Positions 39,501-51,500 of a DNA stretch of 64,000 nt are shown one piece after another; the first letter of the stretch is position 1, and every line of letters begins with the position of its first letter. The stretch spans positions 36,022,001-36,086,000 of the forward strand of contig OZ287758.1 in NCBI GenBank assembly GCA_965649765.1, in the 5' to 3' direction. The position numbers and the translations under genes are program-made. The DNA is from Bispira polyomma. Its lineage: Eukaryota. Below the pieces are notes generated by a model. It was not told where the DNA came from. It saw only the letters and a list, made by a program, of their open reading frames with translations, and searched no databases.

Positions 39501-42500
39501 AATCTTTTGCAATTTTAAGTAAACATTTGTTTTTTATTTAGGATATTTTATCGCAGCTAATAATTAAGATAATAATTTTACAAATATTTAAGACGCTTCC
39601 AAAAATGGACAAATTGGACATATGTTTTTTTTCCACAGCTGTACTCCTAGTTTATCATAGCATAGCAAAAAAGGACACAGAGCGAGGACTTGATTGGTCA
39701 CCAGGAGCCTTTTTATGAAAATTATTATCTTAATTTTTAGCTCCGATAAAATATCTTCAAAACACAGATTTGATGAAAGATTTTTAACTATATTTTTTTT
39801 AAATATTTAAGAAGCTCCTAATTTATGACACTGTACAAGTTGATGACAATGGGATGACTATCTGTTTGTTTTTACACAGCTGTACTCGCAGTTTATCAGA
39901 CAATACCAGGAGAGGACACACGGTGAGGACCTGACTGGTCACCAGGAGGCCCCCTATGGGTATGACAGTGTATGGGCAGTGGCTAACATGCTACACAACA
40001 GTCTCACAGAACTCACCAACAGAGGTAAAGTGGGCCATATAAACACGTGGTCTCGCATGGTCCATTATTATTATTATACATTATTATTATTATACATTAT
40101 TAACGTGGTTGGTTGATGCTGGGCATCTTCTAAATCGCAACAGCAGAATCAGTAAGCCAATCATAAAATCAATGGGCATAGCAAGGTCGCAAGGGTAGGA
40201 TGGTTAACAGCTTAAAGAGAAAGCAACCAGATTGGGTGTTAACCCACCCTGTTGTGTCCGGCAGCAAGGAGAGCAACTACCTTTCACCCTTCAGATGGTA
40301 AAGGTTGCCGTAGCCAGAAATATATGTATTCACGAATAGTCTTCTTCTTAAATGTTTCTATCAAGATATTTAATTGGCTGGTCAAACTATCTGAAGCAAT
40401 CTGATTAGCTAAAATAGCTAATTACAAACAATCATAGTCTTTGTCTCAACCAAGTTTATTGGGTCACGATACCATTTGATAAATGTTTTAAAGCAATTTC
40501 ACAACGATTGGAGGCATAGTAATAGGAAGTTGAAGGCATTCCTATTTTGGAATGGGTTATAAGGATTGTACCATGACAAACTATTGATGACAAAACTATT
40601 GATGATAAATTGTATCTATTACAATTCCGTCTATTTATGTAGCGTCCTTATTGTATCTACTGTTCATAAATTCTCGAATGCTCATAAATGAAGGAGATAT
40701 TTTAGTAGAACACACGACTTAAAAAATAATTTAAATTATGGAGAGTTTAAGCTCAGTTTCCTAAAATCAAACATTTAGATAATAGAAGCTCAGGTGGTAG
40801 ATGTTTTAGTGTATTTAGGTAATACTAGAAAGATAATCGTCTCCTCAAAATATGTCTTCCAATGCATCTCAATTTAAGACTGAGCAATCTGAGGACTTTT
40901 TCTAACCTCCACCAAAGAGGTTATATTTTCGCCTGGTTCCATTAGCAATACATTGCCTTCACAGTTCCAGGAGTCTGATAAGGTCAAAAGAGTTAAAGAG
41001 TTTAAACATTTTTTGATACACTTTTAACTGGATTTTTCATCAGCCCAATCCGTTCATCAAATTTTATTGAAAGTGGTTCAGTATTTTTTTTTGTGTAATA
41101 TTAGTGACAAACTAACAGAACACCAATCAGTCAATGTACATATAACATATAAAAATATAAGCTATTCAAGAATTGAGGATAATGGAAGTATTATTTAATT
41201 CTACAGGAGAGGGTAATGCTAACTGTATTTTTGTAGGCATTAATAAAGGTCTTGAAGACTTCACATACGATGACTCAGAGATGGCAGATATCTTCCTTGA
41301 AGAGATGAACCACACCTCCTTTGAAGGGGTTTCTGTAAGTATAGGTTGTTTTCTTATTAGCGTTAATATTTTCACTCTGTGTAGTAGTATCTACCCTGCC
41401 TTTTCTCCCCAAATACTTTAGCCCATATCTCACCCCTTACTCTCAGCAAGTCAATACCCATTGCGGTATTATGTCTCAATGATCCTACCTTTGCCCCCAG
41501 CATACATAGATCAAAAGTCCTTTTCAATTGTAGTTTCTCATACGCTGCACCCAAGTCATGGAATGACCAACCACAAGATATTAGATGCTCACTTTCTCTT
41601 TCAACTTTTTGAAACAAGCTCAAGCCCTATCTCTATCAAAAAGCTTATCCCTCCTGACACTTACCATCACCGACTTCCTCCCTGGTAATGACCCCTTTTC
41701 CGTCCACCATAACATGATTACTGAATAATGATTATGATTGTTTGTGCCTAAGAATCCTCTAGTACATAGATTAAGCACCATTAAAGAATTGATTAGATTA
41801 GTCTATTGTGGTAGATAAACTATTCTCCCAAAAAGGATTATACAATAAGGAAATCATTTGACATAATGCAGGTGACCAAATGATCTGCTGACCTTTGGAA
41901 TCATCCCAGTCGTTGTTGGAGGTTATAAACAGCCCAAGGATAGTTATTATAGCTTGAGGGCTATACAAGGTGACCTCTATAAATCTGATAAAGGACCCTA
42001 AGAAATGTGTTAATCTTTTCAATATACCATTATATTATACCTCAGCAGAGAATCGTGAAAGCTCATTGGCTTAGAAGTGGTCACATGACCTCTTCTATTC
42101 TAATTGAGAGTCTTCATTCTCAAATTGGAGGGAACTATAGAAAATAAATAACTTTTAAGATTTTAACAATTAAAATTTTCTCATAGAGCAGTTTACATTG
42201 TATAATGTGCCTAAAGCAAATTGCCTTGACCAAGGACTGTTCAAAATTCCTATGGTGACCCAAATAACATAAAATTAAATCGTAAATATCATTTATCAAG
42301 TACAAAAACCCCAATAGACCAGACTGCAGAAGAAAACTGTACAGCTCATGGCTATACCCTTTAATTTTAGCATATGTCATGTAATCTTTGTGCATGTGAA
42401 TTGTTGATTGTTTTCAATTAAATTAAACATCATATGCAGATAATTCGTAGGTGTGTTTCATCTGTGATTGTCAGTCAAGTATCAATCTTAAGCCATCACT

Positions 42501-45500
42501 TATCCGCTTAAAGTACTTGTAATCTCAAGACGTTTATCTTGATGTATCTAGCTTCACATGACCAAAATATCTTTAATGCTGACTGCCTAAATTACGTGAG
42601 TTCCTTGATGAATACATTACAATAACTATTGGTATTCTCTTGATTTAAACAAATTGTATTGAACAATTGGCAGTAACAATAATGTTATATTAAGCCAAAT
42701 GCTTGCATTATCTTCAATAGGCAATCACTGAATCTAACAATTGAATGTGATTATGAATCTGAAACTGTAGAATATCTCGTAAGTACTGTAATAGAGTGCA
42801 TTCTTTGTTACTGATTTGGAAGTCAATGTTTTTACACAAAAAATAAGCCTATTTTTTAAGTCTTATGTCAGAGACTGCTGATAGCTGACACACACAAACA
42901 AATGCTTGTGTTCCCATGTGTCTGATAATCTTATTTTTATTTTATATTATTTGGTCAATTATTGAATTCTTTAGTATTGTAGGTCATCAGTATATTATCC
43001 TCTTAGGTACCACACAGTCCTCGTCGTCATCAGCAGGCCATGTTCATATCTTTGTACAAGAATGTTATCCCATCAATGAAACTAGGAACATTAGCAATTC
43101 AACAAGGAACCTCTGATTACCAGACCAACTCCCAAATCACAACATCCGATGTGAAAAAATTGTTTTATCTAAAAAAATATGGCATTCCCTTTTAATGTTT
43201 ACTGGTTAATAACTGATGGAGACTGATTTTATCAGGTACATAGTTTATGGCGATAGATTTTCTATCCTCATATCTAACCAATGTGATACGATCTTAGCTG
43301 TTGAAAGAGACGTAAAAAAAAAAACTAAATTAAAATTTACACCGACTGATACTGTAAATTGGCTCAATGGAAAAAGAATTTGGGCTGGATATCGGCTTAT
43401 TGGCAATCAGCTGTTGGTCACATGGGAAAAAAAGCAAAAAAGATGTACTTAATACAAAACTCTCAACTAGTTGGTGTTGATGTGAGCCTTTGTTGGCAAT
43501 GGTTTGTCCTGGCATCAGTTCTTGGTTAATTATGTTTTTTATATATAAGAGTGATACATGCCTACAAAACAGACATACAATCATCTGAAATATGCTACTG
43601 CATAACAACACTGAATTATGTGGGTGCTCTATTTATAAGTGGTCTTAAACTCATGCTCTTAGGCTGAAATGCTGTTGAGCCCGTTTTGGCTGAATACTGT
43701 TTCAAGTCAGTTTTCCTCCTAAATGTTGAGACATCTGTAGTAGTGTCAAAAAGGCATGAATATTGAAATCTACCATTATGCCATTAAATAAAGGTATTTT
43801 TCCTGGTCCCGCAAATTTTTTGACCTCAAAGAAGTCTAATTTAACTGTACCAGACTTGGATATGGATTACCTTTTTAATATGAATAACCTAGACCAGGCT
43901 GGTATTCACAAAGACTCTTATTTTTAAATTTGTGTTAATCAATTTGATTGGCTAAAAATATTTTTGTTTATTGAATGTGATTGCTGAGACCCAGAAAATT
44001 CTAATAATTATATTCTAAGCATACTACTATTTTTTTAACAGAGTTATTAGCAAGCAACTTGAATATGTCGTTAGATTTTAGAGATATTCATTGTACATAA
44101 AAATACAGAGAAACATACATCATACCTGTTTTTGAGATTCTTGTCAGTTTGATCAATCCAGGCACTGTAGGAAGTTGTTTAACTAAGAAAACACACTACC
44201 ATTGGTTCTAAATTTCTAAATATAGAAACTTACGAGGCTGTATATATAATGCAAGTGGCATCTGAGTGATCTATCTATTGTGTTTTTAGGGCAGTATAGT
44301 TTTTAGTGACATTCATGTGTCATTTAATGGAGACAGTATGTAAAACTAGGTTTTGGAACGTGATGAAGAATTAAGTGTTTAATCTTTACGACAAAATATG
44401 AATAGAGAATGTGTTGTTGACTTGTTATGTTGTATTGCACAGTAAACAAAGCGAAGATATTTTATCTAGAGCAGAGGGAATGAAATTTCAGCTGACATTT
44501 TGAGGATAATGTTAAGATAATATATGTTAAACAGTATATAGTTAACAAAATAAACAATAAAAGTGGGGCTATTTATTCACAAACATTTTAAGAATACAAT
44601 TTCAACCAACTAAGACAATGATTTATCATCTGTGTGAAAATCAATTAATATATAATAGAGGTATATTACCATGACAAAATGGAGACACCTTAAAATCTTT
44701 ATAAAGTGAAATAAAAACAGATCATGGTTAAATTCTTAAAAGTGGCCAAGAGTGCGTAACAATTTTGACCGGTATTTTGAACTAAAACAAGTAGTGATAT
44801 TTTAGCTGGGAAGGTTTTTATAAGTAGTAGTTTGTTTTCCTCCAAGATCCTATCTGTGATGTATGATGGGTTGGGTGACAGACAGAGTTTGACTCAGTAG
44901 TACATTGTTAGCTGGGAAAAACTATTCAAGTATTGCTGTCTTTTAACTCCAGGGCCCTGTGATGTATGATGAACTTGGGGACAGACAGGGTTTGACTCAG
45001 ATAGAACAGCTCCAAGGGAAGAAAGAGGTGAGGGTCGGTGTGTATGACCCCACACTGACCACTGACAACAAGATTGTGTGGGAGATAAATACGTCAGTCA
45101 TCTGGATAGGTGAGAGATTATATATATATATATATTAATGCAATGGCTGTGGTGGCTTAGTGGTCAGAAGTGCCTGCTTCACAATGACTGGCCTTTAACC
45201 AATGTGGCATCAAGTCCCATTCGTTTGTTTGAACCTTAAAGTTTGTCAGGTATTTGTTGACGTAGGTTTGTGGTCTTCAGTTGTACAGCTCTGGTTTCTT
45301 TCACATTTAAATCTGGCCATCGTCATATGACCTAACCTGTTGAAAGCGATGTATAACCCAACCAATTTAAATATATCAGTGCGTAAATTCATCAAGTTCT
45401 AAACAACAGACCTAGAAATTGTTTTCACTTTGTTGTCACAGCAATGTTTTTGTATGTTGTACAATAGTTTGAAAATATTGATAAAATCCTTGAGCTTTTG

Positions 45501-48500
45501 ACTTTATATGGCTATCAATGTAGAGCTTTCTAGAATAATGACTCGGTACAGTGGGAACAATCTAAAAGGTCACAAACCAACCAATCAGATTCAAAATCAC
45601 TTGTTTATTCCCAGTTCTCATAGCCCAGGGGTGGAATATCCAAAGCTGATAAATTTACTATTCTAAGGAATAATTCGTCACTGTGCCAAATACCAAAATA
45701 TATCGAACATGTAATCTTTTCACTAACGAGGGTTTAAATCATGTTTGAACCTTCACGTAGGAAAGTTTGGTACTTTCCGTAGGCCGGTGGTTTACAATGG
45801 TTTACAATGCTTTAGCACTGGTTTCCTCCACACCATTAAACCTGACTTTCGTGATGTGACCTAAGCTGTTGAAAGCAACATACAAACCCAACTAAATTCA
45901 AATGTATCTTAACTAACTTAGTTTTAATTGTATCTAGTAGATGGAGACCCTATATTAAGTTTCTATTTTTCTAACTAGATAGACACAATACTTTTAGTTT
46001 GAATTTTACCCACTAGATGGAGACCCTCCACCAGACAGTATCACAGAGAAAGAAGTACCGGAACTGGTTTCCCTGGGCCTGTTCATCACCATGACGATAC
46101 TAGCATCTATGGGAATTGTCATCTCTTGTCTTTTTCTGGCCTTCAACATCAAATACAGCCACAGAAAGTGAGTAATCAAGCAATATCTAGGCCTGTATTA
46201 CTCAAATGAACTTGGTTCAGAGCAAGTGTACTATTGGCCTTCATTCTGGCCTATATAAAAGTCCTAAAGTCTGGACTTAATCCCTTATGACACAACACAG
46301 CTACTGTTAATATCAATGTATATATAAATATGTACATGTATTGAAAGATCAATATAAAATATAGGCTAAGTAAGTCATTTTAAGAATGGAGCTGCTTAGA
46401 TTGTAACCATAACAAGTCTACAAGCTTAGCCAAATTTGAGATGACATTGGCCATTTGACTGTCTCAAACTTGAGCCAAAACCTTAACCTATAGCTCTAAA
46501 CTGAATAGACATCTCAGTTTGAAGATAAACTCATTTAAACACCAAGTATGAAGCAGCAACCATACTTATTTGTGAATCTAGATCCAGGTAAAATATACCA
46601 TCAAAATCAGACACTTGTGTTGAATGTAAGTTTGGTGTTAATATTGAAATGATAAGCTGGCCAACAGTTATGAATAAAAATATATTTTGTAAAATTCTAT
46701 GAAAATGGGACAAAAATCTGCAGGATTGATTTAATTTTTTTTTATATTTTACAAAGTCTTGTCTTAAAAGACAGAACCAAAAAAAAAATACTGGTTATAG
46801 TGCAATCAAATAAACTGTTACAATTAATGCTACACTGTTGTATCTTTGGGACTAATTCCAGGTATATTAAGATGTCCAGTCCTAATATGAACAACATAAT
46901 CCTGACAGGGGCTGTGCTGGCCTATCTGTCTATCATATTCTGTGGACTGAACAATGCACTGGTTCACCCCAACAATCAACTCATCATGTGTAAGGTAAGA
47001 GCAAAAATCTCAGTTCAAAGAGGTTGTTAGGTGGCCATTGTGTGCATTGGTATACCTTTAAATAGTCTCACCAGAAAGGCGGCATCCAGAGCTTTTTTCA
47101 TTTCAGCTCCCTTGTTATGGAACAATCTCCCAGTTGACCTGAGATCACACTTATTAGTTTAAGGAAAGAAGCTCAAAACCATCTGAGGCATATCAATGAT
47201 GCAGAACAGATTGTGAAATAATTTCATGGACAAAATACCATATTCCTCCAAACTTCTGTTTTTTTAAATTTGGTGATTGCTAATTGCTAATGCTGTATTG
47301 GCTGCACTTATGCAGTCAGGAAAACGTAACTTGGTGGTTTAGATACCGGAAAGTAATGAGATTCTGCGCTGAAAATAAAACAATTGGAATAAAAACCCAA
47401 GTGTTTGTAACTTCCAGTTGTGTTTTGTCTATTCCAGTTCTACCACTGGACCCTGGCCTTGTCTTTCTCACTGGCTTTTGGAGCCATGTTCAGTAAAACC
47501 TGGAGAGTACACAAGATATTCACCAACAAGAAAATACAGAGAATGGTGAGTTGTGTACATTTTTGCCGAATGATATTAGCAGGATATAACATAATGTAAC
47601 ACCTGGTCCATGGTCTTATAGTTTAATTCTAGAATTTAACCAGAGGTGTACTCAATAAAGCGCATACTGTGATGATGGCCCTGATTTATATTTGGCCAAG
47701 GAAAGCAATATTATTTTAATCATACATGATTCCACATGAAAAACCCCATAAGATTGGATTTCTTCCTAAATCAAAGAGAAACATGAATTAGCAAAATGTA
47801 AAGTCAGGACCATGATCTCTCCAATGTATACCAACAAATTGCTCTTTAAATACAGTTGTTTGCAAGTTTTAAATTTTACTAACAAACATGGCTAACTTGG
47901 CCAATGTATACTAACAAATTGTTCTTTAAATATAGTTGTTTGCAAGTTTCAAGTACCCACTAGAATCTCTAGGACATTAGATTTGAGGACAGTAGAGTGT
48001 TGTTAAGATAATAACATCTCATGAAAATAGATTAAATAAATTTAGTATAAAACAAAAGAAAAGTGTCAATTTAAGACATGTGTTGATAGCATAATGAAAT
48101 AATAGAATACTTGGGATAATGGAGTCTTTTTTGCTGTATTTGTAGATTATCAAGGACTACCAACTGATGGCCCTGGTCTGTGCTCTGGTGGGGTTTGATG
48201 TCTTACTGCTGGCAGTGTGGGAGTTTATTGATCCTCTAGAAGTGGTCTCCTACAACAAGACACACCAACAGAGAGTATGTGTCCTGTATAAACTATAGTC
48301 ACTACATAGCTAGAAATATAGGACCAGTAAGTGAACACTGTCCCAACCAGATGCTGTTTCAGCTTTCCAAACTTTGGTCAAGTTACTAGATTGTTTTTTA
48401 CTAGGAAAAGCTACTGTGTGCTGTTTTTTCAACCTGTATTTTGCAGAATGATGTTCAACCTGTCAGTAATATTAGTCTCAGAGAAAGACTAGGCAGAAAA

Positions 48501-51500
48501 CCTTGATGTAGATACTATACTATACATTTTTGGCCTTTTTTTTATAATATCCCACCTCAATATTTTTTTTTTTTTAATTAACATGGTAATAATAATATTC
48601 TGCCACAATATTCAGTTTGTCAGTAACATGATGTTCAATACTTATCTCTTCTTTTTCACCTTGTAGGCAGACCCAGAGAATGACAACCAGATGCTGATAC
48701 CACAGGCCAGATTCTGTGAGTCACAACACATGTGGTACTTTACTGGAATACTCTACGCTATCAAAGGTTTGTTTAATGTTCATGTACAGATGTCATCCAA
48801 TTGAGTCATAATGTAAATAAATATATCTCCCAGTGTTGTTGATGATTTGGCCCTCCACTTGCATCTCTACTGTTCTCCAACCCTACTATAATCCGACCAT
48901 ATTGTGAGTCTGCCTTAAAGATCGGATACTAAAGGTTTTACAGTCAGGTAACTGTATCAAATATATATAGTTCCGGACTATCAAAAGAATATATGATCCT
49001 TTATTTGTATAACTCTATGCTATCAAAGGTTAGTACCAGTAATTAAATGTGTCAATTATAACTAATTACGCACTATCGAAAGAATGTATTATCAGTTTTG
49101 GTAAAACTCTACCATATCCAAGGTTTGGACCAGTAACTGTGTCAATAATAACTGGTTCCGCACTATCAAAATAATGTATGATCAGGTACTTGACAATGTA
49201 TAACTCTACGCTATCAAAGGTTTGTACAAGTAATTGTGTCAATTATAACTAGTTCCGCACTATCGAAGGAATGTATTATCAGTTATTTGTAAAACTCTAC
49301 GCTATCAAAGGTCTTTACCCAACAGTTATGGGGTATTGATGTCAACAGGGGCTGTCCACTTTGTATGGACCAGTTCTTAGAAACTGTGAGGCCATAATTG
49401 TACAAATATATAGGTATAGGTGTACAACCTCATGCTCTCATTTTACCCAACGGCTGTGGTGTTTGGAAATCTCTGATGCTATTTTATTATTATTAATATT
49501 TCATTTATTTTCACCTGGTTATACCATGTATACAATATTTATTTAGTAATACTGCCAACTAAGTGGCGTACATGAAACCAGTAGGCAACTTTTGACCTAC
49601 CGGACATTTGGGATATAGTTGTTACAAATTTATATTTAAAAGTTAACCTATGATATTTGATACTAACAAGTTAGAGTGAATGATGGATAAAATAGTTATA
49701 GAAATGTACATAACATGTATCAGTGATTGTCTTATATTCCAATAGTTCACAATACATTGTCCAAAGCCTTTAATTATGCTAGTTTGTGTCATTATAAATT
49801 CCCATGTATCTTGGACAGGCATACTAGTAAATGATTGTTCTAAGGTTATTGCTTGGTCAAATAAAATACTCCTATTATTGTCCTACACATGACATTACAA
49901 TTAAATACAAAATGTTCCTTATCCTATTTCGAATCTGTACCAGAGATCTTGCAGCTCCTATTTAACAATTGTGTGTTGGTAAACCGACCTGCTAATTTTA
50001 TTTAAATAGATCTACACTATTACATGTGTGACCAATAAGTTGTATGTTAGAGTACATTATTAAAAGTTTGTACCACAGCAGAATATTTATTACCTGTTAT
50101 CTATATATTGGTGATTTTATGAACTTATCTCCACTCTCTAACTTATGTCTTCTTCTTGGTTTATACATAAATTCCCCTCTATTTCATAAACCATCATCCG
50201 AATAATATCTGGCTTTTCTAACATGTTCGGATAATGGAGGTTCTATCCATTTTTTTTATCTAAATTAGCTCCTTGATACTGTGGCCTCCTTGACAGAGTT
50301 ATGCACGCCACTAAGTCCACATGGGTTTTCACCGTTGTGACACCACTACATGTATTTTCTGGCTTTACCTCCATCACTCTGTGTAAGGTGGCACAGTGCT
50401 TATAATAGCTTGCTTCAAAATCACTGGCTTCTTTCTCACCAATATGTTTGTCAGGTACTTGTCACAGGTCGGTGGTTTACAGGGTTACAGTGGCTTTGAG
50501 CACTGGTTTCTTCCACTTTTAAATATGGCTGTCGTGGCATGACTTGAAATTTTGAATGTGATGTAAAACCCAACTAAATTCAAGTCCATATTCATCACCC
50601 TGTATTTACACTTCAGGCCTGTTGCTGGTATTTGGTGCCTTTCTAGCATATGAGACCAGAAAAGTTACAGTCCCTGCACTCAATGACTCCAAGTTTATAG
50701 GTAGGTGCCTTGGAGTCATATATCTATCAAATATCTTCAGCCTATTTTAATGTTTGAAAGAATAAAATCCACATCTATAAATTTCCTTATCAATAGAAGT
50801 TAGACTATAGATTTTAGTGTACAAACATGTTTTTTAGATTTTAGATGGTTTTCTACATTAAACCCTGAGTAAACATCAATGTAATCTATCACATGTCTTA
50901 GTTTGTACTGCCATACATTAAATTATGAATGCCTGTGTAAATCAATTTCAAATGTTGTGACGAAACCATTCCAACATGACAAGCTTGTGTGTTCCTGATT
51001 CTGCTTGGTTCAAAAGTATGGCATAAAATCTACGATCAACACATAAGAATGACTAAGACAGTTTCTCCTCCATACTCATTTTAATGCCAAGTTGAATAGT
51101 TCCTGTAGTGACACGATGTAATTTCAAATACAGCACCCTTTTAGGTATTACTGTTTAATCGGTCACACTAGAATAAAAAAATTCCATTCCAAATCATGTG
51201 TATGTAAATGTTCGCTTTTGCCGTTCTGTGTCTCAGACTCTGGTAAAATGACCAGAAACGGAGACTTCACTTAAATCTTTTATTCTTAAATTTTTGTCTT
51301 GGCCAATTTGCTTGGCTGAAAATATTGTTTCAAAGAATCTGATTAGCAGAAACTAAAAAACATGTTAAAAATTACATTCTAGGAATATTTGTGAATACTG
51401 CCTCTGGTATATCCCTGACTTATCATGGGATATTCCTTCTATACATTGTAACTACGATGTAGCTGTGTAATGATTGGTTTCAAACTGACAGCTTTCTTCT

